A stretch of DNA of 62,293 bases from an uncultured Bacilli bacterium (GTDB taxonomy: Bacteria; Bacillota_I; Bacilli_A; RF39; UBA660): assembly GCA_934096605.1 (NCBI GenBank), contig CAKOMI010000003.1, positions 1-62,293 on the forward strand. The letters run 5' to 3'. The notes below the pieces were generated by a model. It did not search any database. It saw only the letters and a program-made list of their open reading frames with translations, and was not told the origin of the DNA. Position numbers and translations under genes: made by a program. Every line of letters starts with the position of its first letter. The stretch's first letter is position 1. Positions 9,307 through 18,883 of the stretch are shown one piece after another.

Positions 9307-10194
9307 CTATATTCTTAATAAAAAGAAAAAGCAAAGACTTATAATTGTAGCTATAACTCTACCTTTTAAAAAGCTTAAATATGAAATATTTGTATCGCTT
9401 ATTATTCCTTTAACTTGTAAGTGAATTGACAAACCACCAAAATTAATAAAAATTATGGCAAGTAACATTTTAAACTTTAAAGGAATATTTGCCATACCCA
9501 GTTCATAAAGGCCACTTGTAAGTTCCAAAATACCAGTTAAAACAACATTTTTACTTGGGTTAATAACTGATCCGATAATATAAAATATTGTAATAACGCC
9601 AAGAATCATTAATAAAGTGTTCATCGCATTCTTAATACTATTAACAAAAAAAGTCCCAAAGTCTTCCTTCTTTGTCTTGTTATCTAACAGGGCTATATCT
9701 TCTGTTTTAGATGAAAATACCCCTATTAAAATATTAACAACATAGGGCATCGCAAATAAGGATAGTATAACACTCTTATTATCTTTAAAAATAAATGTTA
9801 GCATTGTATATAAAAATAAAGGATTAGCAAAATAACTAAAACGCAAAAATTTATTAGCTTCCTTAAGTGATACTTTTTCTTCTAAATATAATTTTTTCAA
9901 TAAATATGCATTAGCAGGCGTTCCAGAAAATAAAGAAATAATAAAAATAAATGGCCCATATAAAGAAGAATGAAATAAATATTTAAAAAATTTACCTAAA
10001 CTTTTAGCAAATAATAAAGGTAAATCAAAATATAAAAGTAAATCACAAATAACCATCATCGGTAGTAAACTAGGATAGACACGCGTTACAAACAATTTAC
10101 ATGCCGTTATAACATTGCCACTAATACTAGGCATACTTATAAATAGTAAACTCGTAAAAATAATAATCAAGAACAAAAATATTTTGCTTTTCAT
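9307..10194 (-). CDS. ylbJ: YlbJ-like sporulation integral membrane protein (nucleoside-recognition domain)
   Basis: Polytopic; ACKLFVTRVYPSLLPMMVICDLL and SGTPANAYLLKKLY..EA..LRFSYFANPLF resemble YlbJ; adjacent to ylbL as in Bacillus. Confidence 0.5.
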   Translation of the reverse strand: MKSKIFLFLIIIFTSLLFISMPSISGNVITACKLFVTRVYPSLLPMMVICDLLLYFDLPLLFAKSLGKFFKYLFHSSLYGPFIFIISLFSGTPANAYLLKKLYLEEKVSLKEANKFLRFSYFANPLFLYTMLTFIFKDNKSVILSLFAMPYVVNILIGVFSSKTEDIALLDNKTKKEDFGTFFVNSIKNAMNTLLMILGVITIFYIIGSVINPSKNVVLTGILELTSGLYELGMANIPLKFKMLLAIIFINFGGLSIHLQVKGIISDTNISYLSFLKGRVIATIISLCFFFLLRI

Positions 10195-10307
10195 ATTAAA
10201 CTATATGTAAGATTTTAAACTTTATACATTATAAAAAGTGTCAAATACACAAGATCTTCACATATAATTTGTTTCTTTTTGCTATAATGAATTAAGGTGA
10301 TGAAAAA

Positions 10308-11312
10308 TTGGTAAAAATTCGTGATGAAATAGTAAAGTTTTTTAAAGAAAATATTAAATATCTTGTTTTATTTATTGTCTTAATTCTTTTATTTACAATT
10401 GAACTTCCTTACAAAGTTTATGCTCCTGGCGGGATGGTGGAGCTATCCAAAAGAGTTAATGTCGAAAATGGCTATGCAACAAATGGCACTCTTGGCATGG
10501 CCTACGTTTCCATGATAAAAGGAAGTATTCCATATTTGTTACTTTCTTATGTAATACCTGATTGGGATATTGTTAGTGATACTGAGATAAAATATGATAA
10601 TGAAACAATGAAAGAAAGAATAGAGGTTGATAAAATTTCAACTGAGCAATCTATTTCCAGTGCTATCATTGCTTCCTATACTTTAGCTGGTAAAAGTGTT
10701 AAGGTAAATGAGGAGGTAGTGCATATAACTTACATTGATGAGCATGCTAATACCGATTTAAAATTACTTGATATAGTAAAAAGTGTCGAAGGGCAAAAAA
10801 TTAAGAATACTAAAGAATTAAAAGAATTATTAAAAAATTATCGGGCGGGTGATAAAGTAATATTTCAAGTTCTAAGAAGTGGCAAAGAAATAAAAGCACC
10901 TGCTACTCTTTATGATAGCAGTGATGGGGCTAAAGTAGGGGTTATGCTTACTGAAACTTATGATATTGAAGAAACACCTAATTGTAGTGTTACTATGAAG
11001 CAAAGTGAATCTGGGCCTTCTGGAGGCTTAATGATGAGTTTACAAATATATAATGATTTAACAGAAGAAGATATTACTAAGGGTAAAAAGATTATTGGTA
11101 CTGGGACAATTGATAATGAAGGTAATGTCGGGGCCATAGGTGGAGTTAAATATAAATTAATCGGGGCAGCTAGAAAACATGCTGATATTTTTCTTGTACC
11201 AACTGATAATTATGAAGAAGCAATAAGCGTTAAAGAAAGTCATAAGCTTGATATTAATATTATGGCAGTAAGCACTTTAAAAGATGCAATAGAAGCTTTA
11301 GAAAAAAGTTAG
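10308..11312 (+). CDS. ylbL: YlbL/SepM-type PDZ plus Lon-like S16 serine protease
   Basis: N-terminal TM, PDZ-like middle region, Lon catalytic motif SGPSGGLMMSL and GAIGGVKYKLIGA; TTG start after AAGGTGAT. Confidence 0.75.
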   Translation: MVKIRDEIVKFFKENIKYLVLFIVLILLFTIELPYKVYAPGGMVELSKRVNVENGYATNGTLGMAYVSMIKGSIPYLLLSYVIPDWDIVSDTEIKYDNETMKERIEVDKISTEQSISSAIIASYTLAGKSVKVNEEVVHITYIDEHANTDLKLLDIVKSVEGQKIKNTKELKELLKNYRAGDKVIFQVLRSGKEIKAPATLYDSSDGAKVGVMLTETYDIEETPNCSVTMKQSESGPSGGLMMSLQIYNDLTEEDITKGKKIIGTGTIDNEGNVGAIGGVKYKLIGAARKHADIFLVPTDNYEEAISVKESHKLDINIMAVSTLKDAIEALEKS

Positions 11313-11324
11313 ATTGGTGATAAT

Positions 11325-12323
11325 ATGGGTAATTATATTAATGAGTTATTAAAAGAGTTAAATATAGATATAAGTTATTATGAAAAAAATGTTTTAGAAA
11401 AAGATTCTTTTTTAGAAGAATTAAAAAAACAAATTGTTAAATATAGTAGTATTTATGATACAAGTAGTGAGTTAGAAAAAGAGAGTATTAAACATAATCT
11501 TATTAGATACTATAATTTGCTTTATTATATTAATGCTAAAAAGAATAAAGAAAGAATGTATGTACTTGATGATGAATTACAAAGGATACCTAATATATTT
11601 ATATTAGATGATAAACCTACTAGATTTAATATTGATGAGTCGATTCTTGCTAATTTAGATATAGAAAAAGGACTTAGTAATGATGAGGCTTTGACTCTCC
11701 TTCAGTGGGTTGTTAATAATGCAAGGGATAATTTAGACATATCTAATAAATCAAATAATTCTAATCAAAGGGTATATTCTAATGATGATTTATCAGGGAC
11801 TTGTGGTTTAAGTCAATACTTAACTCTTTATCCGTTACAAAAGCTTGGACTTCAAGTAACCATTAATAATGTTGGCGATATGTGTCATATAAGGCATGCT
11901 TATGGCACAGTTGTAATCCCTATTAATGAAGATGGGAACATAATTAACAAGAGGTTTTTAATTGATTGTACATATAGACAATTCTTTCTTTTAAAAAATA
12001 ATCTTATAAGTAATTATATTAATAATACACCAGATATTGGTTTTTTTGTAAAAGAAAGTGAGGAAGAGACTAGGTTTGCTAAAGAACTTTTAAGTAATGG
12101 TTTTACTGATGCGGGAAAAGAAGCTTTAAGTCTTTATTTGAAACCGTTTTATGCTAGTTCTCTTACTATGGATAAAGTCTTTAAATTAGATAAATTATTT
12201 AATGAGTTAGATATTTCAAATATCGTTTTAAATATGGGTGAAGAATTTGATTATGATGAAGATGAAATTTTAAGTCGGGGCATGAATATAGAGTTACCTT
12301 GTGCATCCCCTAAAAAGAAATAA
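11325..12323 (+). CDS. hypothetical protein, possible papain/transglutaminase-like Cys-His fold
   Basis: 332 aa; candidate nucleophile in SGTCGLSQYL and HAYG..D downstream; no firm family call. Confidence 0.5.
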   Translation: MGNYINELLKELNIDISYYEKNVLEKDSFLEELKKQIVKYSSIYDTSSELEKESIKHNLIRYYNLLYYINAKKNKERMYVLDDELQRIPNIFILDDKPTRFNIDESILANLDIEKGLSNDEALTLLQWVVNNARDNLDISNKSNNSNQRVYSNDDLSGTCGLSQYLTLYPLQKLGLQVTINNVGDMCHIRHAYGTVVIPINEDGNIINKRFLIDCTYRQFFLLKNNLISNYINNTPDIGFFVKESEEETRFAKELLSNGFTDAGKEALSLYLKPFYASSLTMDKVFKLDKLFNELDISNIVLNMGEEFDYDEDEILSRGMNIELPCASPKKK

Positions 12324-12394
12324 GTCTAATTTCAAATTCTAATTTTCCCTTACATATTTTAAATTAATGTATACATACAAAGGAGAGAATTTAC

Positions 12395-12982
12395 ATGCAA
12401 AATTTATTAGATGAAATAGCTATCAATATCGATTACTGTGTAAATAATAAAGATATTATAAATTATCAGATCGTAGATGATAAAATTATAATTCACTATC
12501 TTTCGGGTGAAAGTAAGGCTATACCCAAAAATATTGAAAATGAAAGGATTATCTTACAAAAGATTAAGCATCAATCACTTGGTCTTAAAGACAAAGTAGC
12601 TTCTAAAAAAAGTACTATCAAAAAGACAAAAATCGCTATTGGTGGTTTACTTATAAGTGCTGGTGTTTTTCTTTCATTTAGTATAAGTTTCATATCAAGG
12701 GCTCCTCAAATGGCTGTTTTAGCTGGCACTTTGTCCGGTACTTATCTATTTTTTGGTGGTGTATTTTACCATTATGCTAAACTTTTAGAAGAAGATATCA
12801 TCATGTCAGATAAGTATTTAAGTGTTTTAAAAAAGAGTATACAAGATGCTGATTTACAAAAAGACTTATCTTTGAGCAAAGAAAAAAATAATAGAGTAGA
12901 ATATAGTCTTGTTGAAACAAAAGACCATAACGATTCCTTAAAAGAAGAGCCATTAAGATTGACTAGAGTAAAAAAACATTAA
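12395..12982 (+). CDS. hypothetical membrane protein
   Basis: 195 aa, RBS AAAGGAG, two central TM helices. Confidence 0.55.
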   Translation: MQNLLDEIAINIDYCVNNKDIINYQIVDDKIIIHYLSGESKAIPKNIENERIILQKIKHQSLGLKDKVASKKSTIKKTKIAIGGLLISAGVFLSFSISFISRAPQMAVLAGTLSGTYLFFGGVFYHYAKLLEEDIIMSDKYLSVLKKSIQDADLQKDLSLSKEKNNRVEYSLVETKDHNDSLKEEPLRLTRVKKH

Positions 12983-13046
12983 AATTTTACTCTTTTTTCT
13001 TGTATAAAATAATGCTATTCATCTCATAAATAATGTGGGTGATGAA

Positions 13047-13826
13047 ATGGCAAAATACAAAGTTGAAATAACAGGTGTTAATACTAGTAACTTAAAAGTT
13101 TTAAAGTCAAATGAACAAATACGTCTATTTAAACTTATGCAGCAAGGTAGTAAAGAAGCCAAAGAAATGTTAATCGAAGGCAATTTAAAATTGGTTTTAA
13201 GTGTTATTCAAAAATTTAAAAACCAAAATTATAATTTAGATGACTTATTTCAGGTAGGGGTAATTGGTCTTATTAAGGCTATTGATAACTTTGATTTATC
13301 ATATAACCTAAAACTAAGTACTTATGCCACACCTCTTATTATTGGAGAGATCAAAAAATTTGCTAGAGAAAACGCCAGTTCCGTTCGGGTTAGCCGGGGT
13401 ACTAAAGAATTTGCTTATCAAATATTAAATTTTAAAGAACAATATCTTGGTAAATATGGCACTGAGCCTTCGATGGAATATCTAGAAAAACATTTTAATG
13501 CCTCATCATATCAAATAAGACAAGCTTTAATGTCTTTAAAAGAACCAGTAAGTATTTTTGAACCAATTTATAACGATGGTGGAGAGGCCATATATCTTGC
13601 TGACAAACTAAGTGATGATACCAATTTAAATACGAATAAAGATGAATTATTACTTTTAAAAAAAGCTCTTCTTAAATTAAAAGAACGTGAAAGAAATATT
13701 TTAATGGAACGTTTTTTTATTGGCAAAACCCAAATGGAATTAGCAAAGTCTTTAAATATCAGTCAAGCCCAAGTATCAAGAATTGAAAAAAGTGCTTTGA
13801 AAAATATGCGTAAACTAATGAAATAA
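13047..13826 (+). CDS. sigG: sporulation sigma factor, SigG-like (sigma-70 group 3)
   Basis: KVEITGVNTSNLKVLKSNEQ..EGNLKLVLSVIQKFKNQNYNLDDLFQVGVIGLIKAIDNFDLSYNLKLSTYATPLIIGEIKKF closely follows the SigG/SigF pattern; start set at ATG 13047. Confidence 0.8.
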   Translation: MAKYKVEITGVNTSNLKVLKSNEQIRLFKLMQQGSKEAKEMLIEGNLKLVLSVIQKFKNQNYNLDDLFQVGVIGLIKAIDNFDLSYNLKLSTYATPLIIGEIKKFARENASSVRVSRGTKEFAYQILNFKEQYLGKYGTEPSMEYLEKHFNASSYQIRQALMSLKEPVSIFEPIYNDGGEAIYLADKLSDDTNLNTNKDELLLLKKALLKLKERERNILMERFFIGKTQMELAKSLNISQAQVSRIEKSALKNMRKLMK

Positions 13827-13885
13827 TTATTTAAAATACTTTTCTTAAGTTCAAAACTTTTGTATACTTATCATGTGGTGATTGT

Positions 13886-14569
13886 ATGAAAGAAAAAATT
13901 GTTTATATAGTTATTGGTGTCTTAGTTTTAATGGCATGTTTAATAGGTCTTGTATTTTTTATAAATACTCCAAATAGTAGTCCAAAAGAAGATAATACTT
14001 CTACTTATAGTGAAATCTCTATAACTGATGAAGCAGTTAAAGAGCTTTACCAAAATATTAATGCCTCTAGCGATCTTTCTTTTAACTATTCTTTATTAAA
14101 AGATAACAATATAACGAATGCTTATATGCTAGGCGTATCCTTGGCTTCGGCTTTAAATTCTGGTAAAAACATGCCAATTACCAAGGCTGATTTAGCCGTT
14201 TATATTAGAAAAATATTTGGTAATGTAACAGTTAATTATGAAGATATTATTTTAAATAATCAAAAATATAGTTTTGATTCTGATAAAGAAGAATACAATA
14301 TTAAAGAAATATATGATTATGATAAGACCGATAAAATTCTAAGTAAACTTGTCAGTGCTAAAAAGAGCACTACTGAATATATTTTAACCATAAAGCTAGT
14401 AGTGGCAAATCCTAAAGAAAACAACATTTATAGTGATATTGATTGTACTACTATTATTGGTAGTGATGAAAATCCAGATATCGAAAAATACTTAAATGAA
14501 GCAAGTACTTATAATTATCATTTTACTTTTAATGGTGAGACTTTTGTCTTAACTAGTGTTACTAAATAG
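13886..14569 (+). CDS. hypothetical membrane-anchored protein
   Basis: 227 aa, N-terminal signal-anchor helix, RBS GGTGAT. Confidence 0.55.
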   Translation: MKEKIVYIVIGVLVLMACLIGLVFFINTPNSSPKEDNTSTYSEISITDEAVKELYQNINASSDLSFNYSLLKDNNITNAYMLGVSLASALNSGKNMPITKADLAVYIRKIFGNVTVNYEDIILNNQKYSFDSDKEEYNIKEIYDYDKTDKILSKLVSAKKSTTEYILTIKLVVANPKENNIYSDIDCTTIIGSDENPDIEKYLNEASTYNYHFTFNGETFVLTSVTK

Positions 14570-14655
14570 ATACTCCTTGTGAGTATTTTTTATTTGCTTA
14601 CATACTATTTATCGGTTATAATTTAAGTGCACTATAAAATTGAAAGAAGGATTGT

Positions 14656-17226
14656 ATGAAAAAAATAATTTTAATAGATGGAAATAACTTAATATTTCGT
14701 AGTTATTACGCTACTGCTTATTCTGGTAATCTTTTGAAAAATTCTAAAGGTATGCCAACCAATGCCTTATATGGCTTTGTAAATATGATTAATAAAATAA
14801 TTGCTGATGAAAATCCTACTTATATGGCTGTTGCCTTTGATATTGGTAAAAATTTTCGAAAAGAAAAATATTCTTTTTATAAAGAAGGAAGGAAAAAAAC
14901 ACCTGATGAACTTCATATGCAAGAACCTTACGCTAGACGTCTTTTACACGCGATGGGTGTTCCTTATTTTGAACTATGTCCTTACGAAGCCGATGATATA
15001 ATTGGTACACTTGCCAAAATGGTTGAAGAAGATAAAACTTTTGTGGGAACAATTATATCTTCAGACCGTGATCTCTTGCAACTCATAAGTCCTGAATTAG
15101 AAATGAAACTCTTAAAGCAAAAAGACTATATTCGATATAGCAAAGAAACATTTACACTAGATTATGGCATAGATCCCATTAAAATCATTGATTTAAAAGC
15201 CCTTGCAGGAGATGCTTCTGATAACATTCCTGGCGTTAAAGGAATAGGTGAGAAAACAGCTCTTAATCTTTTACAAACTTATGGTAGCCTAGAAAGCATT
15301 TATGAAAATATTGATAAGATAAAAGGTAAAACCAAAGAAAAATTACTAACTGATAAAGATAACGCTTTTATGAGTAAAGAAATTGCTACGATTTATAGAA
15401 GTGTTCCACTAGCAATAAATAGCCTAGAAGATCTTAAAATAACTCCTCCTAATGAAGAAGAACTATCAAGCCTTTATGAAGACTTAGAATTTTATTCTCT
15501 ATTAAAAGGCGTTAAAAAAACTAGTGAAATGGCACCTCATGAATACATTACTATATCTTCTGTAAGTGAGATTGATGCTTCAGATGAATATGCTTTCTAT
15601 CTAGAACTAGATGGCTATAACTATCATACGGGCAGTATTTTAGGAATGAGTATTTCTACTAAAAATAAGAATTACTTTGTAAAAAATGAGTTAATTAAAG
15701 ATGCTTTAGCCTTATTAAATGGTAAAGTCCTTTATACCTATGATTTAAAAAAGAATATTGTAGCTTTAGAAAAAATAGGCCTCACTTGTCCTCTTGTTAA
15801 TACTGACTTAATGATTCTTTACGCTCTTCTTGAAGATACTAGCAAAGATGATATAGCATATTACATGACTAATAAAGGGTATGAGGTAACATTCTTAGAT
15901 AATTTATATAAGAAAAAAGATTTTAGTTCTTTAGAAAAAGACATTACATTAAAATCAAGTTTTATTTTTGCTATGCGTGATGAGGCGATTTTAACTCTTA
16001 AAAGAGACGATATGTATGAATTATTTACGAATATTGAAATGCCTCTTGCTAGAGTTCTTGCTAAAATGGAAATAACAGGTGTTAAAGTTGACTTAGGCGT
16101 CCTAGAGAAAATGGGCGTAACATACAAAGAAAAATTAGAAAATATTACTAGCGAAATCTATAAACTCGCTGGGAAAACCTTTAATGTAGCAAGTCCCAAA
16201 CAGTTAGGTGAAGTTTTATTTATTGACCTAGGTTTACCAGGTGGCAAGAAAACCCAGAAAGGTTATAAAACTGATGTTAAAGTCTTACATAAATTAAGAG
16301 GAGAACACCCAATAATTGACAAAATTCTTGAATATCGTAATATCAGTAAAATCTATAGTACGTATATTGAAGGGTTAGAAGCATATATTTTAAGTGATGG
16401 TAAAATTCATACCATTTTTAAACAAAATTTTGCTAGAACAGGGCGTTTATCTTCTACGGAACCTAACTTACAAAATATTCCAGTTCGAGATGATGAAGGT
16501 AAAAAAATAAGACAAGCCTTTCTTCCTAGTAATGACTTATTTTTAAGTGCTGATTATAGTCAAATAGAGCTTCGTATTCTAGCCCATATATCCGGTTCTA
16601 AAGAACTTCAAGAAGCATTTATAAATGATGCTGATATTCATACAAAAGTGGCAAGTGATATTTATGGTGTAAGTGAAAGTATGGTTAGTAAGAAAATGCG
16701 TAGTACTGCTAAAGCTGTTATATTTGGTATTGTTTATGGTATTAGTGGTTATGGTTTAGGTGAGAACTTAGAAATAAGCCCTAAAGAAGCCAAAGAATTT
16801 ATTACTAAATATTATGAAATTTATCCTGGTGTTAAAAAATATATGGATGAAATAGTCGTTGAAGCCAAAGAAGAAGGCTCTGTAAGAACTTTATTTAACC
16901 GAAGAAGAACAATTCCAGAACTTGATAGCACTGAGTACATGGTAAGACAGATGGGGGAGAGAATTGCCCTTAATACACCAATTCAAGGTACCAGTGCAGA
17001 TATTATCAAAAAAGCCATGGTTGAAATCGATAACGAATTTACTGAAAAAAATATTCAAAGTAAAATGATCTTACAAGTTCACGATGAATTAATATTTGAT
17101 ATTGTTGAAAATGAGAGAGTTGAGGTTGAAGAAATCGTTAAAAGAATAATGACTAGCACAATTAAGCTAGCTGTACCTTTAAAAGTAAGCGCTGATTATG
17201 GCAAGAACTGGTATGATACAAAATAA
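14656..17226 (+). CDS. polA: DNA polymerase I
   Basis: 5' nuclease N-terminus (LIDGNNLIFRSYYA), HhH (GVKGIGEKTA), polymerase motifs DYSQIELRILAH, RSTAKAVIFGIVYG, QVHDELIF. Confidence 0.95.
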   Translation: MKKIILIDGNNLIFRSYYATAYSGNLLKNSKGMPTNALYGFVNMINKIIADENPTYMAVAFDIGKNFRKEKYSFYKEGRKKTPDELHMQEPYARRLLHAMGVPYFELCPYEADDIIGTLAKMVEEDKTFVGTIISSDRDLLQLISPELEMKLLKQKDYIRYSKETFTLDYGIDPIKIIDLKALAGDASDNIPGVKGIGEKTALNLLQTYGSLESIYENIDKIKGKTKEKLLTDKDNAFMSKEIATIYRSVPLAINSLEDLKITPPNEEELSSLYEDLEFYSLLKGVKKTSEMAPHEYITISSVSEIDASDEYAFYLELDGYNYHTGSILGMSISTKNKNYFVKNELIKDALALLNGKVLYTYDLKKNIVALEKIGLTCPLVNTDLMILYALLEDTSKDDIAYYMTNKGYEVTFLDNLYKKKDFSSLEKDITLKSSFIFAMRDEAILTLKRDDMYELFTNIEMPLARVLAKMEITGVKVDLGVLEKMGVTYKEKLENITSEIYKLAGKTFNVASPKQLGEVLFIDLGLPGGKKTQKGYKTDVKVLHKLRGEHPIIDKILEYRNISKIYSTYIEGLEAYILSDGKIHTIFKQNFARTGRLSSTEPNLQNIPVRDDEGKKIRQAFLPSNDLFLSADYSQIELRILAHISGSKELQEAFINDADIHTKVASDIYGVSESMVSKKMRSTAKAVIFGIVYGISGYGLGENLEISPKEAKEFITKYYEIYPGVKKYMDEIVVEAKEEGSVRTLFNRRRTIPELDSTEYMVRQMGERIALNTPIQGTSADIIKKAMVEIDNEFTEKNIQSKMILQVHDELIFDIVENERVEVEEIVKRIMTSTIKLAVPLKVSADYGKNWYDTK

Positions 17227-17241
17227 AAAGGAGAAAGTATT

Positions 17242-18531
17242 ATGATTAAAAATAAACCGGTAATCGGAATAATTCCAACATATAATTTAACTAATGAAGC
17301 TAATGATCCATATGCTGATCGGGCTTCATTTGTTAGAATGTATGAAGAGAAAATAACTAAAAGTGGTGGTATTGCTATTGGCTTGTTAAGTCAAAATATT
17401 ACCGATTACTTAAGTATTTGCGATGGTTACGTTTGGCCAGGTGGATCTAAAATATGGCCTGATTTCTTTCCTGTTATTGAAGATGCGATTAAAAACAAAA
17501 AACCTCTTTTAGGAGTCTGTCTTGGTATGCAAGCTATTGCTACGTACTTTAATTTAGTAGATGCTCATAAAAATAATCCTAGACTAGAACTAGAAGATTT
17601 AAAACAACTTTTAAAAGATACTGATTATTATGTGAGTGCGTTAGAAGATGCTTCCAACCACAGTCATTATGTTACTAAAGAAAGTAGTACAATTGCATCT
17701 GCTCGTCATGAAATAAACGTTTTAAAAGATAGTTTATTATATAGCATATATGGTAAAGAAAAAATGCAAGTTGTAAGTCTTCATTCTTATGTTGTTCCTA
17801 ATATTTGCGATAACTTAAAAGTAACTGCCAAAGCCCTTGATAATGTTAATGAATGTGTCGAATATACTAAGGACGGGGCTTTAATAATAGGACTCCAATT
17901 TCACCCAGAAATAGAAAGTGATAATCAAGTTTTTGCTTGGCTTATTCATGCTTGCTATACTAAAAGTATGATTCTTGTAAATAAAGAAAATGCAATTCCT
18001 GCATCTTACGAGCCTAAAATTGTTCGTTATAATTCTAAATATCCTGAATGTATAAATGATGGTGATATCGCGCTTATGGCATACGATGCTTGGCTTTCTT
18101 TAAAAGAAGAAATGCACAAAAGAGGCTTTAATATTGATGTTGAAAGTGCTTATAGGCCTCATGCACTACAAGAGAAAATATTTAACGAAAATAAAGAAAA
18201 ATATGGTATAGAACATACTTTGATTTTTGTGGCTAAACCTGGCTATTCTGAACATGAAACAGGTCTTGCCATTGATATTTGTCTTGAAAAAGACGGGCAT
18301 TGGTACAACGAATTTGCGGATGAGTTTACTGAATGCTATAAGGTGCTACATGAGATATGCGCAAACTATGGCTTTATCTTACGTTATCCAGAAGGCAAAG
18401 AAGAGATAACTGGGTATCATTACGAACCATGGCATATTAGATACTTAGGTGATATAAATGTTTGCAAAGAAATAATGACGAGTTCTAGTACCTTAGAAGA
18501 ATATTACTTAAAAAGACAAAAAAAGCTATGA
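17242..18531 (+). CDS. fusion protein: class I glutamine amidotransferase/peptidase C26 domain plus M15 VanY-type D-Ala-D-Ala carboxypeptidase domain
   Basis: N-half GVCLGMQ and LQFHPE (C26 Cys/His); C-half SEHETGLAIDI and EPWHIRY (VanY/M15 zinc ligands). Confidence 0.7.
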   Translation: MIKNKPVIGIIPTYNLTNEANDPYADRASFVRMYEEKITKSGGIAIGLLSQNITDYLSICDGYVWPGGSKIWPDFFPVIEDAIKNKKPLLGVCLGMQAIATYFNLVDAHKNNPRLELEDLKQLLKDTDYYVSALEDASNHSHYVTKESSTIASARHEINVLKDSLLYSIYGKEKMQVVSLHSYVVPNICDNLKVTAKALDNVNECVEYTKDGALIIGLQFHPEIESDNQVFAWLIHACYTKSMILVNKENAIPASYEPKIVRYNSKYPECINDGDIALMAYDAWLSLKEEMHKRGFNIDVESAYRPHALQEKIFNENKEKYGIEHTLIFVAKPGYSEHETGLAIDICLEKDGHWYNEFADEFTECYKVLHEICANYGFILRYPEGKEEITGYHYEPWHIRYLGDINVCKEIMTSSSTLEEYYLKRQKKL

Positions 18532-18768
18532 TAGCTTTTTTCTTTTGTATTCAACAATATCGTCTATTGAACAATCTAAATAATCACATAACCTAGCAAG
18601 CACTAAAATATCAATTCTTACTAAGTCCCCAGTCAAAAGTCTTTTAATTACTTTAAAATCAGTATTTGTATCACGCATAAGTTTATTAATACTTATCTTT
18701 TTTTCTTGTAACATTTTATTTAATTTAAATAAAAAAACACCATTTTCTAGCTCAATATTCACTATCAT
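18526..18768 (-). CDS. small XRE/Cro-type helix-turn-helix regulator
   Basis: 80 aa from ATG 18768 (KISINKLMRDTNTDFKVIKRLLTGD...LARLCDYLDCSIDDIVEY); the longer ORF-track start overlaps the divergent gene; stop lies in hairpin AAAAAGCTA/TAGCTTTTT. Confidence 0.65.
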   Translation of the reverse strand: MIVNIELENGVFLFKLNKMLQEKKISINKLMRDTNTDFKVIKRLLTGDLVRIDILVLARLCDYLDCSIDDIVEYKRKKLS

Positions 18769-18883
18769 TATAATCCTCTTTTCCAATAAAATTATTTTAC
18801 ATAAAGGATTATTATCTTGACTATTGGCTATATAGCCAGTATAATTTAAATAGGGTAAGGTTATATAACCAATAGGAGGATAT

